Below are positions 23,001 through 36,020 of a stretch of 64,000 nt of DNA, in pieces. The notes beneath the pieces are model-generated. The model saw only the letters and a list, made by a program, of their open reading frames with translations. It was not told the origin of the DNA and searched no databases. How positions within the stretch are numbered: position 1 is the first letter of the stretch; every line of letters begins with the position of its first letter. The stretch covers positions 62,001-126,000 of the forward strand of contig JBDOQK010000030.1 in assembly GCA_040437565.1 (NCBI GenBank). The letters run 5' to 3'. The translations under genes were made by a program, and so were the position numbers. This DNA is from Albugo candida (lineage: Eukaryota).

Positions 23001-25750
23001 CTGGATCAACTCGCAACGCAAGGATCATTTGGTGGATTTTTCAACAGTCGAAGATCATTGCTGCGGGTCCGGTACAGGCGAGTGGAACGGCAAGTGCAAC
23101 TCGGATCCTAGTCCTAGTTGGCTGGCTATTCTCACCGTAGTGTGGCGCACACCAATTTGCAAATCACGGTACTTTTGGACCATTTTCACAACTTTACATC
23201 TTATTCAACTTTACAGCATTAACAAGCTGGACACAGTCTCGTATTTAGGGTGCTGAGGCTACTACGATACTAGATTATCAACGAGAAGGCATATTATCAT
23301 CTCCCGCAGGTATTTCACAAAAGGTTTTCTTATATGTATATATGTTATTTAACATAGCCTAGGCAACTAGAGAAGTCAGTTAGTCTAATTCTAGTAATAT
23401 AGACACCTTCAACTGAACCAAATAATCAAGTGTCGCATGGAAAAGCAGCCGGCATGCACAGGACCATTTTGAATACGGATCGATGCATGATTTTTGCAAG
23501 TAAATATCCTCTTTATTTCTAGGGAGACGCCGTGGAATATGCGACGAACATCCTCAACAGAAGCTTAAGCCGTACTAATACAAAAAGGGCATCGCCGTTT
23601 GAGGTTCTGACTAAGAAGATCCCGGATTTGAGATCCATTGTCACTTGTGGCTCAGTATATGATGTTTATAGGGGGCCGCGCAAGAACTCCCAGCGACAAA
23701 TAGCGCAAGTTGTAATTATTGTCGGCAAGAGTGGCAAGATGAAGGTAGATCGTGTGTTCCTGAAGACAGGGTGGTGTTTGTAACTCAGCATATCAAGAAC
23801 GTTGAGACTCTGTATGAAGCTCAGATCTGTGAGTAGCATCGTGAGTTAGCGTCCGGTGATATCACTGTCGAAGAGGTGTCAGAAGGAGATGACAACGAGT
23901 TCAGCCACGCCTGAGATTCCTGTGGACGATATGGTTCACGAAAAAGGGAAGGAGGAGAGAACCTGTTAGAGATCTAGGCACGCAACACGCTCAATTAGAG
24001 TATCAGCATAATCTGCTGGACAGAAGAAGGAGATAGATTAGAACGTGGTGAGCCATATTGTCGAACTTCATCGACGGAACTATAGTGAAGCGATGAAGAG
24101 TTCCAAGGTATTGAAATGGAATAAAGCAATGGAATAAGAGATTTCCACCTTGCGTCGTCTAGGAGTTTTCGAAGTCATCAAGCGATTTCGGGACAGCAAT
24201 GTGCTGCATAGCAAATGGAATTTCAAGATGAAAACGGACGCCGAAGGTCAAGTGGAGTGTTTTGAGGATCGTATTGTTTTTTGTGGAAACGAGCAAAAGA
24301 TTGGGGTAGATTATTTTATTGTTGCCGCGGCGATTATGGACATGTCCACCGTTAAAATTGTACTGGCGTTGGATCTCTTTTGGGTGTTTCAGCTCAACAT
24401 GGTGACGTGCCGAACGCCTACGCGCAGGCGGACAACAAAATGGCGTGGATATTTTCCTACATGTACCAGACGGTATGGAATTTACAAGTCTCAAGCGAAG
24501 TGAGTTGGGAGTTAGAAGCGTTGCCAAGCTCGTCTCGCGACTAAAATAGACGCTTTATGTTCTTATGCAGGCCGGCAATTGTGGCGTCAGCTACTTCATG
24601 ACAGACTTACTGAAGCTGTATTTTGGAGGCTGCGTCATCAACATGTGCTTATATTGCCAAAAACATCATAGTTGTTGGCGTCTATGTCGACGACCTACTC
24701 GTAACATCGACAAGCGTTGAATTGGTGGAAGATCTTTTCCAGAGCTTTGCATCCTTGTCGATCAAGAAGCTTCTTACGAGAGTGGCGAAAATACTTGGAT
24801 CAGGAGGAGGCGATCGACGAGATCCTTCGTGATACGGGGATGGAATCGGTCAAAATCGTGCGGACGCCAACAGGGGATGAATGTCATGAAGAGAGCTTGG
24901 GGACATAAATTTTCTACCCGTGTACGCGAGTGACGGCCAACCGACGATCAAGGCGTTACAGTCTCTTGTGCTAAGCCTACTTTGGGCAGCGCGATGCAGT
25001 CGTCCGGAAAACGCATCTTTGGTGCGTAAGACAACGCGAAAAACACATCAGCCTAGTTTTCGTGACTGGACACTCGCAAAGCGTATTGTACGGTACCTGA
25101 AGGGCAGCAAGACGCTCGAAATTCATATGGGTCGCAGATCCAAGCAATGGTGCTAAGCTCAATCTTTAAACTTTCAGTGACGCTGACTTTGACTCGAAGG
25201 AGACAAACCGAAATTCCTTGAGTGGAGGAGTTAGCTTGTTTCCTATGAAGGCGGAATTTGTCGCCGCTTCTAACGCGACAAGCAAGCTACTTGGGGCACG
25301 CGAGTTGTTGATGGATCTGGGAATGGCCATAACAACCCCGATGTGTATGGTATACAATGAGGCTTTAATCAAGCACCTGGGAGGTGAAGCATCACCTTCG
25401 AAGGCAAAGCACATGGACATTCGGGTAAAGTTTGTATGCGAACAAGCAAGACGGGGAATCATCATACCGCGCTACGTACCATCCGGCAAGATGGTAGCCA
25501 AAATATCGAAGAAGGCGCTTGATTTCCGTGAACTTGCCGATATGCGCCCACACGTAGGCCTGCAGTAGCCACAATACGGCTGAGAAGGAGTGTTGGAAGA
25601 TGGCCGATATGTACGATTTCATTAACGACCGTGTGCGTGTGTGCAATAGTGCGAAATGTTGTAGGTTGTAACCGGACAGGATACATAGAAAATGCATATG
25701 AAAACAGTTGATGACAGTTTCAAATTTGCACTTAAGAAAACACATTAATA
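20074..25750 (+). mobile_element. Ty1/Copia LTR retrotransposon 1, decayed
   Basis: LTRs at 20074-20230 and 25591-25750; TSD TGATA/TGGTA; PBS AGTTATGAGCCCA; PPT GAGAAGGAG; zinc knuckle CYNCNKVGHIAADC, integrase, RT GVYVDDLL, RNase H AKHMDIR. Confidence 0.92.
22331..23412 (+). mobile_element. 5'-truncated LINE (L1/Tx1-like ORF2 C-terminus plus 3' UTR) inserted in the Copia-1 integrase
   Basis: Perfect 15-bp TSD CTGAACCAAATAATC (22316-22330 and 23413-23427); peptide LW..LQAVTLHFVWTDRNRRLF resembles L1-clade ORF2 ends; contains an N gap. Confidence 0.82.
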
Positions 25751-28700
25751 TGGTAACCATCACCCGGACTTTTTCTCAAGCTTTTGACACTTTAGAGAAC
25801 TTCGTAGATGCGAACACGCATCAAGAAGATCAGATGATTACTATTTGGAATTTTAGTTCAGAGCTGTCCCTGCCTTCGGAATTCTTGAGTACTTCGCTGA
25901 TGCTATTCTGGAAAGCCTTGATGTTTTACTTGCTACGGTCAAGATTCTAGAGTCTAGATTCTCTCCCTCGCGTACTAATTCACCATCGCCTTGTTATCGG
26001 GATCGCAAAGCTTTAGCGATACGGTGTTTAACCCTGGGTTTGTCCTCACGCAAAGACTAGTTTGACTTGGTTAAGTCGGCCGTAGGCAAACGTTTCTGTG
26101 TGATTTCACTCTTTCTTCTTTACGACTATTTTCGTCACTGTTATGAGGCATCGATCCTAGAAGATAACTATGGCACCACCCAGGAGTGTATCGCGTGGAG
26201 TTTCTTCAATTTAATCACACAGGGGCGATGAAATTGAAGCCATTGTTTTATCATACAATTCTGGATGATTCAGCCGCCTTTAGTCATCAGAATTCGAAGT
26301 GATTATTGTATTTTTCTACGAAGGGTCGATATACCATTTCTTTTCGAGCGAAGGAAGTATGGAAAGTTGTTTTGTCGTTAATGAGCTGTAGCGATATATT
26401 TATTCCCGAATTACTGTGTAGCCAGAAAATAAAAAGTCCTTGATTTAGGTCATTAGAGCAGATACCATGACGAAAAGCCATGATGGTTCTTTTACTGTTC
26501 GGAAGTGTACGATGGCATTGACTACCTTTTCTATATCTCTGCACCTAATGCCTTATATATTATAGAATTCTTCACAATATTGTACTAGGGAATGTTTGGC
26601 ATCCACTACTAATACAACAAATTACTCCCTTTGCATTGAATGAAGCGCGTGATCGATGCCGAATGTAGTGGCACCTTATAACACATAGAAAAAGTTTAAC
26701 TAGCTGATATCCGCGAAGCTACTTGTTCGTTACCTGAGTTAAAATGCATGCATATTATCCATGCTGTTGACACCATAACAGTATAATTTTTTATTAAATA
26801 TTCTAGCACTCGCAATGTTATGTAAACCGGCAATAAAGGTGTGAACCACTTGAATCAGGTAATATATTTGATTAATCGCTCGCGATATTCTGCCATCACA
26901 CAAATTCAAATATCTCACTGCAATTCACCCGTTGAAGATAGGGCTGAATCAAATTCGCTTGCTTTGTAATTCGAACTTGATTGACTTGGTGAGGAACCCG
27001 TTGAAAGTTCCAAAAATATAAGTACAAACACAGGTCACTGGTATTAGTAGATCTCGATGAAATCCTCAAAAATCAGTTCTTTTTTGTGCGGAAAAGGATA
27101 TTGTACAAGGCAATGCTATTCATGGATTACTTACCTGACAGTATGTTTCAGATTTGCGGACTGCAAGCTTTTAGAAGGAATTGATCGGCTTTATCGAATC
27201 ACAATCGGAGAGCTTTGTCACTTTTTTGAGCACGGGCGTCTAGGTCATGTTATAATCACAAGTGACGATTAGACAGGGTTGCTCGTGTCGCTTGGTTAAG
27301 TTTTAACCACCATATTTGATTGAAAAGAAGAATTTGCTCAAAGCAGATATGGAATTACCCATGAAGCCATATCTAAAGCAGACATTGCAAAAAACTAGAT
27401 GCACATTCAACGCCTAGCATACATGTCGAAACAACGACCCAGAACGCCCGAAACGGTAGATCATTATCAAGCATTCAGTACAAATCTATCGACGCTGAAT
27501 TATGTTCATGATTTGAGAGACTGAGCGAAGTGCTGAAAACTCGCTTCGATGAAGATGGAACCGCGTTGCTTTATTTTGGATATTGATGCGTGGACTAGAC
27601 AGCATTTTAGTACTTAGGTAAACCGATAGGTTCTTTTAAGAGAAAAAAACAATACACTCACCTTTTGATTCTACTTATGTGGTCGTCGTTCGCACTCCCT
27701 ATAAGCCTGTCACAGCGTTGCTCGACAATCAATAGGTTATGAGCCCAATGGGGGACTTCGCGCGTGAATACGCAGAAGACCGGAATATTGCGTTGCCAAC
27801 CGTGGACGCACCTGGCCACGAAAAGGCCGGTGAGAGTAAAGAATCCTCTGAGAGATGCGAGGCAAAGGGAAGCGGTCAAGGTGGAAACAACGAGTTGGTG
27901 GACCTTATTAAAGGACTGGTTGATCGGCTAGATTGACTGGAAAGTTCGCAAATGGAGCTTCGCACGGAAGTTGCCGAAGAAGCGAGGAGCAGAAGGGTAT
28001 CCGAAGATCATCCTATGACCACCAACGTAAGCCCAAGCATGGTCGAATATGCTTTCTGAAGAGGCCCGCGTATGCATCTTCACTCGCTGAGTGGAAAGCC
28101 GGAGAGAGAGCCAAAAAGGAAGAAAAACCCAAATGCTATGCCACACCGGTACTTCGCTAAGCACCAGGATGATTATGGGGGGGGGCAGACTCGACATGAG
28201 CAGCGATGCCATGGTCCTGGAGCTGGTCCTGCCCAGCTCGGGAGACAAAATGGAAGGGAACCAGGGTGCAAGAGGAGTTTTCGGTTACCCAGATGAATGA
28301 CAGAAAGAGCTGAAGATCCTCCATTTTGATAGAAAATAATCATACCAGGGTTTGGAATCTGGATTCCAGAGTGGGGAAGACGCTTTGAAAGGCAAATAGT
28401 TCTGGCACAGTCTACTTGTGGTTTCTATTGGTCTGAAGATGTGAAGGTAGACTTATTATGCCACTATCTAGATGGTATGGCTGAGAGGTATTTCAATAAG
28501 CAAATCGACGTCTGGTGGAACCAGAATGCCACGCTTCAGTATGCTATGGAGCATATGCTCCAGGCATTCAAGGTAAATATCACTCCAGCACAAGCAATGG
28601 ATCTATTCACGAGCCCAAAGGATTCAAAACGCTCGTGGATCGAACACCTTATGTACCTGAACGCCATAGCAGGGCCTTCCAGTGGAAATTTTGATTTTTG

Positions 28701-31700
28701 GTGCTCAACAACATTGTTCAGTACGCATCACAAGACATGAGAATTGCCATAATGTCGAAAGTCGATCATCAAAGGACGGAATATCGAAAGAAGCGGAAGA
28801 ACATGCACATTTCGCGCAGTCTTGGTAGTCAGAGATGCCAAACAAGCGCATCGGAAAGGAGACTATTGGACACATCCATGATAGTCGAATGTGCAAGACT
28901 GGAAGTCAGGGAGGAGAATCAAGCGCCCCGAAAATGAGTATGGTGACCGAATCCAAGATCGACGTTGCAAGGAACACAGGCGATGTTTTCTATGTGGTAA
29001 ACCGGACCATGTCATGGCAAATTGTAGCACCAAAGAATCTCATCAAAACAAGGAATCAGACTTCACGTTGGCTATACCGGACCTGCGGGATGAACATGGT
29101 GTCATCTGGATTCTGGACAGCGGGAGTAGCAGACATCTTGTCAGCGATGAAAATAGGCTCGATGATCGTGAAGACACTGTTGGAACATGCGCGCGGCCCG
29201 ATGGAAAACCATTAACTATTACCAAACGGGGAGATGTCACGTTAAACCTAACAGCTATGGGACAGCGACGCATTATGACGATCACTGATGCATATTACGC
29301 CAAAGGGTTGAGACACAATCATCTTTCGTATGTACTTCTGGACACGAAGGAATACACACTTACGAGGCGTGGTACACAGCGTGCACTAGTGAGCAGTGAT
29401 GAGAAGAACGTTATCTGCGATGTCGAGTTGACGAGAAATGTACTCACGGTTCGTGCAAACATTCGGGATATTGCTCCACATCACGAAATGTCATCATGGC
29501 AGCTATCGGTAAAAACGAAGAGAGTGGAGAAAGACATTCAGACAACATCCAAAAGGGTTCTCTCGTCGAATTTCATCGAAGACTTAGACATATAAATTAC
29601 GACGCCATTGAGAATCTGGCAAAGGACCCTGCATCAGGAATTGGATTAACGGATCGGAGACGTCCAAATTGCGTCACATTTGCCCAAGGAAAGCAACCAA
29701 GGAACAGTCAATCAAAACAAGACTCGGGTGAGAACTCGCCGATCGATCGAATTGATGGAGTCATGTGCTCTGACCTGAAGGGACCAATGACTTCTGAAGA
29801 TCGGTTTGGAAATCGATTCATGGAAAACTTTGTAGATTACAAAAGTAACTATGTGAAGGTTTCTCGCCAAGACGAAGGATATGGCAGCAAAACAATTCGA
29901 AGCTTTCCTGGTGTATTTCCAAAAACAATTAGATTGTAGGATATACATCCTACGAACCGATTCGAGTGGAGAATATGAAAATATTGACTTTTTCTACAAG
30001 AACCAAGGCGAAAAATCAAGCGAGTAATGGTAAGGCTGAAAGAATGCATCGCACGATCATGAACATGGCTAGATGCATGATATTTTACAGTGGATTGCCG
30101 TTTACCTTCTGGGGTGATGCGGTTCAATATGCGGCTTACGCGCTCAACCGCTCACCCACAAACGCTAATACTGACGAAGTTTATCCGTTACAATTGCTGA
30201 CGAAGAAAGCACCCACTATTGGTGAGATTGTGAGTTTTGGCTCTCTTTGTACGGTCTTCCGAGATCCAAGAAAGAAAAACTTTGCGGAGAGGGGTCAATG
30301 CGGATTTATCATTGGTATTGGTGAATCACAAATTAATATTACGTCTACCTACAGAAGGAGAGAACTGTTGTGATCACACAATACGTCAAGAACATCGAAA
30401 GTTGTGTGCTGAACACAATGATCAAATTCAACAAAGTTTTGCACAAGACAAAGAAACTGCTACAGAATTCGAGGCGCGAGCGAGACGAAACAAAGAAAAA
30501 TCTAACTGGACTCGAGAAAGGCCGTTGACCCTTTGAGCACATGGGAAAATGGGTTGAATTCTCAAGAGGCGTCTATCGAAGAGACAATAATGGGGTTGTG
30601 ACACCGTACATGAGTCGGACCAAAAAAACTACGGTGAAGCGATTCGCAGTACGCAAACAAGTGGGTGGGAAAAAGCCATGAAAGAAGAACTACAAGCGCT
30701 GGACGCAAACGGGGTCTGGAATGTGGTACGATTGCCGAAGGATGCTCACAGTCTCTATTCCAAGTAGGTTTATAAAACCAAAAAACATGCAACCGGTGAC
30801 CTGGAGCGTTAAAAGGCCAGACTGGTAACCTGTGGAAATGAACAAGTTTTTGGTCGTGATTAAAACACCACTTTTGCTGTAGTCATGGAAATGTCCATTG
30901 TTAATCTCCTAGTTGCTCTCGCTAGAAAATGGCGAGTTCCAGCAAAGCACGGAGACATAACGAATGCGTATGTGACCCCAAGGTATGAAGATAAAACGTG
31001 AAGTGGTCGAGAGTCTGAGCGCGGCCAGTGCAAACGACCTCGCATTGGAATTGCGTAAGGCGCTGTATGGACTTAAACAAGCAGGACGTTTGTGGAGCGA
31101 GCTGCTACACAAGAAACTGGAGAATTTGAATTTCACACAGTGCCTTACGGATACGTGTGTGTATTGAAAACGCACGAGTGAAAATGTCGTAGTTGTGGGA
31201 GTATACGTTGACGATCTACTTGTGACGGCGACAAAGTTACATCGCGTAGATGTTTTTTTGGCGACTTGAAAGAACTGGCAATCAAGGATCTAGGCGTCGT
31301 ACACAAGTTTTTGGGAATGCACATCACTTATGACGGTGATGATGGGTACAACATTGACCAAGACGTTTCTATTCGTGTAATGCTACGGTATAATGGTTTG
31401 GAGGAGTCATGTGGCGTTCGTACTCCAATGGGTGACGAAGTCAGCAATTCTGAAGAGGAGGATGTGAAATTATAAGACAAATACTGGGACGATAATGCCA
31501 CTATTGAGACTTTCAGTCCGCCGATGGGAAGCTTTCTCTGGTTTTCGGGATACAGCAGACCGGATATATCTTACGCGGTGCACCTAGTCTCCAGCCAAAC
31601 TCATTCACCAACCCTGTGCGATTACAAATCGGCTAAAAGAGTTGCCAGATATCTACTGTTGATTTTCGGTCAATAGGGAAGTATAATATCAAGATTAACA

Positions 31701-34700
31701 GTCTCCTACTGGCCACTAATCACTACCTCTCGAATTATGTGTCATACCTCATAGTCGTCGCAACTACAGTGTACGTTTCAACACTCCCACTCAGTGTAGT
31801 TGCCCGCTGACTTGATACCCATTGCATCATGAATAAAATTTTTTTCGTTTTGTTTTGTCCGCTAGTTGGTACTTCGTTTTTTTGTACATCACTTTTATCA
31901 ACCCTGTCGTTATCTTCTCACGGAAAAAGTGATAGCGGATATCCACATGCTTCGTTCATGCATGATATCCTGGATTTGTGACAAGTGCGATAGCTCCTTG
32001 TTTATCTTCCTAAACAATTGTTGGATTCTTCTGTTCAAACCCCAGGTCGGAAAGTATTTGTCTTCCCCACAGTACGTCCTGTGTACACATGCTAATTACC
32101 ATGTACTCAGCTTCTGAGGTATTCAAAGCCACTGTAAGTTGATACTTCGACTTGAATGCAACTGGTCCCCATTCAGTAGTGTTAATACACAACTAAAGGA
32201 ACTGCGCTCATCCAAGTTGTTTCCCCAATCTGCATCACAGTATGCAGACATTTGGTTTGCAGTCCTATTGAAGGTGTAGTGTATTCCGAATGTCACCATC
32301 GATTTTATTATCTCAACACTTGATCGCTGCTTTCCAATACTTCGATCCAGGGTTAGATGCAAAACGTCCAAGGACTCACAGCGAATACCACATCCGGCCG
32401 TGTGCACGTTGCAACATACAGCAACCGCCCAATGAGTTGGCGATAGGGTGTGCGGTTCATGAGTTCTTTTTCTTCTTTCGTCGTCGGACTGTCTCTGTTT
32501 GAAAGTCTAGTGCCTGGATCAAATGGATTCTCTATAGTACGATTATGATTCCTTTTGAATATTTCTGCGGTCGTTTCCAAATATTTTTCCATGTTATCGA
32601 CATGGCTCGCTTCTCTTGGTCGTAATTTATCTCCATGCCCAGGAGGTATTTTACTGGCCCAAGGTCTTTACTCCGAAATCGTTGTGAAATATGAATTTTC
32701 ACTTTGCTCACGGTATCGCTTGATTTAGCTGCTACGATCATATCATTCACGTAAAGACACAAGTAAATCCATCCGTCACGATCCTTCACTTGCAGACGCA
32801 TCGATCCCCACCACATGCTTTAAATCCTGGTTCTATCAATGTACTGTGAAAGGTTGAGTTCCACGCATGTGCGGCTTGCTTTAGTCCATATAAAGCTCGG
32901 TTTAGCTTCAGAACATATTCTTTGTCAATGTTAAATCCCTTTGGTACTTCCACGTAGACTTCTGCTTGAATTTCTGCGTTCAAATACGCTGTGTCCACAT
33001 CAATTTGTTCAATGATGTGTCCAATTGAACAGCACACTGATAGGGGTATTCTAGTCGAGTTAATGCTCGCGACAGCAGCATATGTCTCGAAGAAATCGAC
33101 TCCGTGATGTTCACAATTGACCACGTGTTGTTGCGCTTATGTGCAACAAATTCGTTGTTGATTGCTTTAACCCACTGGTCTTTTTCATCTCCGGTGGTTG
33201 CATCTTCGTACGATCGTGGGATGTTTTGTGTAACCATTGCGACTTCAACCATCAATGACGTGTCGCTATCCAATCTAGATATCTTGTATTGAGGTTCGTT
33301 ATCATCTCTGACACTTGACTGAAAATTGTTATTGTACACGACGATGCTGTCATCAATATGGCTGTCAGCACTATCAGCCTCAATCATCATATGTGCAATA
33401 TCGTATTCATCTCTCCCACTGGTTTTGTCGTTAAGAAGACGTCGGTTCCGTTCCATATCGGGTCTTCGAATTATATCTTGTTGAATGATCATCTGGATAC
33501 CCGTTGTTTGACTGAGTGCTCCTTCTCGCTGGAAAAACCCATCTTAAATCGGTCGAGGCTGGTGCATGAGCTGTTGTGACAGATTTGTATGGGATTGGTG
33601 ACAGCCCGGCCAGGGACTAACAATTTCATCAGGTCCAATGTCACTCATCTGTTTATCCATCTCGACGTCATCGCCTTCGTGTTCGTCCTTCATTTCAACA
33701 TCTCCGTTTCCACTATTATGCATTCCATAATGCAAATCATCGTCCGCATCATCTTCGTAAGGAATTGCTGTGGTATCATTCACTGTATTATTTGACACGT
33801 TTCCCTCGTAGATACTGTCAACTTCACGTTCGTCAAGTGTAATCGTTATGCTGGTCTGAACCGTGTGTGTCTCCAGATCGTAAACTTTATAGCCTTTTAT
33901 ATTTGTGGCATATCCCAGCATCATGCAGACGAAAGCTCTTCGCGTCAAACTTCGTGCGCTTAGTTTCGTTAATGTGAGCGTATCCGAGCGATCCAAATAC
34001 CCATAGGTAATGTAGTTGCGGCTTTGTCTTGAAACGCTACTCGATTGGAGTCGTATTCATGGATTGACCGCTTCTGGTTCGATTGATCAGGTGAGCCGCG
34101 TCATTTATCGCTTTAGCCCACCAAGTCTGTGCAACACCCTTGTAGGTCATCATGCTACTCACTTTTACCGTGATGATCCTGTTCATTCGCTCTGCGAGTC
34201 CGTTTTGATGCGGGCTGTGAGGTACTGTTGTCTGGTGAATGATTCCTTTTATCTGAAAAAATTCCTCGAACCTCTTGTTCTTGAATTCTCCTCCATTCTC
34301 CGTGCGTATAGCTTTAGTTCTCGTTCCGCACTGTACTTCCATTTCTGCTTTGTACTCGATGAACTTTGTTGTCACCTCATTTTTGATCTTTAGGAAGTAT
34401 ACGTTCACAAATGTGGAGAAGTCATTAATAAATGAAAGCATAAAAACGGGATCCACCAGGAGTTTTGGTTTTCATGGGTCCCATGACATCCGAGTGAACT
34501 AATTGTAATGGTTGCGTAGTCTTCGTCTTTGATTACTTGGGGAATCTTGCCACTGTCATCTTTCCCTGAAGACCTCCACTGCACAAATTTCCATCTTTGT
34601 CCGAAATTCTTGGTAAACCTTCAAACTCGACTGCTGTGTTTTATCGTATATTGTGTGACTTGGATGGCCTATTCTGGCATGCCATAGCTCCCACTTGCTC

Positions 34701-35024
34701 TCAGCATTATTGTGATCAACCACCATGGCTCGCTCATGTCTCACGTTGAGTGTGTACACGTTCCCTTCGCGCTTCGCTGACACCACCAGGTCATTTCCTC
34801 TAAACATGTCGCATTGATTTGCATCGAACCGCATGTCTAGTCCATGTTGGGATATCTTTGGAACTGATAGTAGCCGTCTATCCAGATTGGGTATGTGTAA
34901 TACTCCCTTCACCGTCACCATTTTGTACCACTCTTGCAACGAAATCTAATTTTCCCTCCCACAATTGCTTCCATCTTAGCTCCGTCTGCAATAAGGACTT
35001 CACTTGGGTTCTTTAACGCATAAT

Positions 35025-35401
35025 AAGGAAGAGGACGGACAATGCGCCAACAACGAACTACAAATGAAGATTATGAGAAGAAAAAGCAATTTCGTGGAAG
35101 GTGCCACAGATGCAATAAATTGGGCCACATGAAATATGAGTGCACGATAAAGCCTGCGACGGACGCGAATGTTGCCGGTGTCATATGTGACGAGGCTCCG
35201 CTGTCCAGCAACCAACCTTATCTACTACGATCGTGGACTGTAAATGCAATTTCATTCGCGTCCGTCGCAGGCTTTATCGTGCACTCATATTTCTTGTGGC
35301 CCAATATTTATTGCATCTGTGGCACCTTCCACGAAATTGCTTTCTCTTCTTATAATCTTCATTTGTAGTTCGTTGTTGGCGCATTGTCCGTCCTCTTCCT
35401 T
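35025..35401. repeat. Long inverted repeat (arms 35025-35171 and 35253-35401, 81-bp spacer)
   Basis: Inverted copy of the Copia-3 gag zinc-knuckle region; the arms differ by a few substitutions and a 2-bp indel. Confidence 0.95.
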
Positions 35402-36020
35402 GGCCGTGTCGTATACGAAATGCACCCTCCGAGGTCTCTCGTTGCTGTTTCTTTTCGCGTTCCTTTAACAACTTTTCTTTTACGTCCATCAGTGTTAGTC
35501 CAACGGAATTCTCCAGTACTGTGACAAGTAGTTCGTATTCGGCAGGCAAGCTTCCAAGCAAAATCGTAAGCTTCCTTCCTTCATCCATCGTTTCTCCGAC
35601 TGCTTCCATGCTCAGTGCGAGCTCGTCAAACCGATCTATATGGCTGGCCACATTGCTCCCCTCTTCCATGCGAAACTCATGCAATCTTCGTGTCAGAGCT
35701 ATTCTGTTCTGAAGGTTGCGCTTGTTGTAATATTCCCCAAGTATATCCCATACTTCCTTGGCTGTTCTCGCATGACGAATCTTTGACTGATGCTCCACTT
35801 CGACTCCTTGTGCGATAATCGCAAACGCTTTCATGTCTTTGACTCTCCAATCCGCATCCGACTCGTCCTCTGGCTTCATTTCCATTATACGATTCAGTAG
35901 TCCCTTGCGTGCTAGAGTAATCTTCATGTTGAATTCCCATTGAAAGTAGTTTCCGTTCCCGAGCAAGTCGTCAGACTTCTTCATCTTGTCGCTGTTGCCA
36001 CCAAACGTTTTTGGGCTCAT
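35274..36020 (-). pseudogene. Copia-3 gag (UBN2-type), frameshifted in the zinc knuckle
   Basis: Motifs L.GNGNYFQWEFNM, AKEVWDIL, LLGSLPAEYE and CHRCNK. Confidence 0.88.

Noticed and set aside
26480-26570. Weak similarity to 63850-63935 (minus-strand TATAAGG...CAATGCC)
   Set aside because: Short, AT-rich and not distinguishable from chance by eye; the downstream ORFs are broken and unrecognisable.
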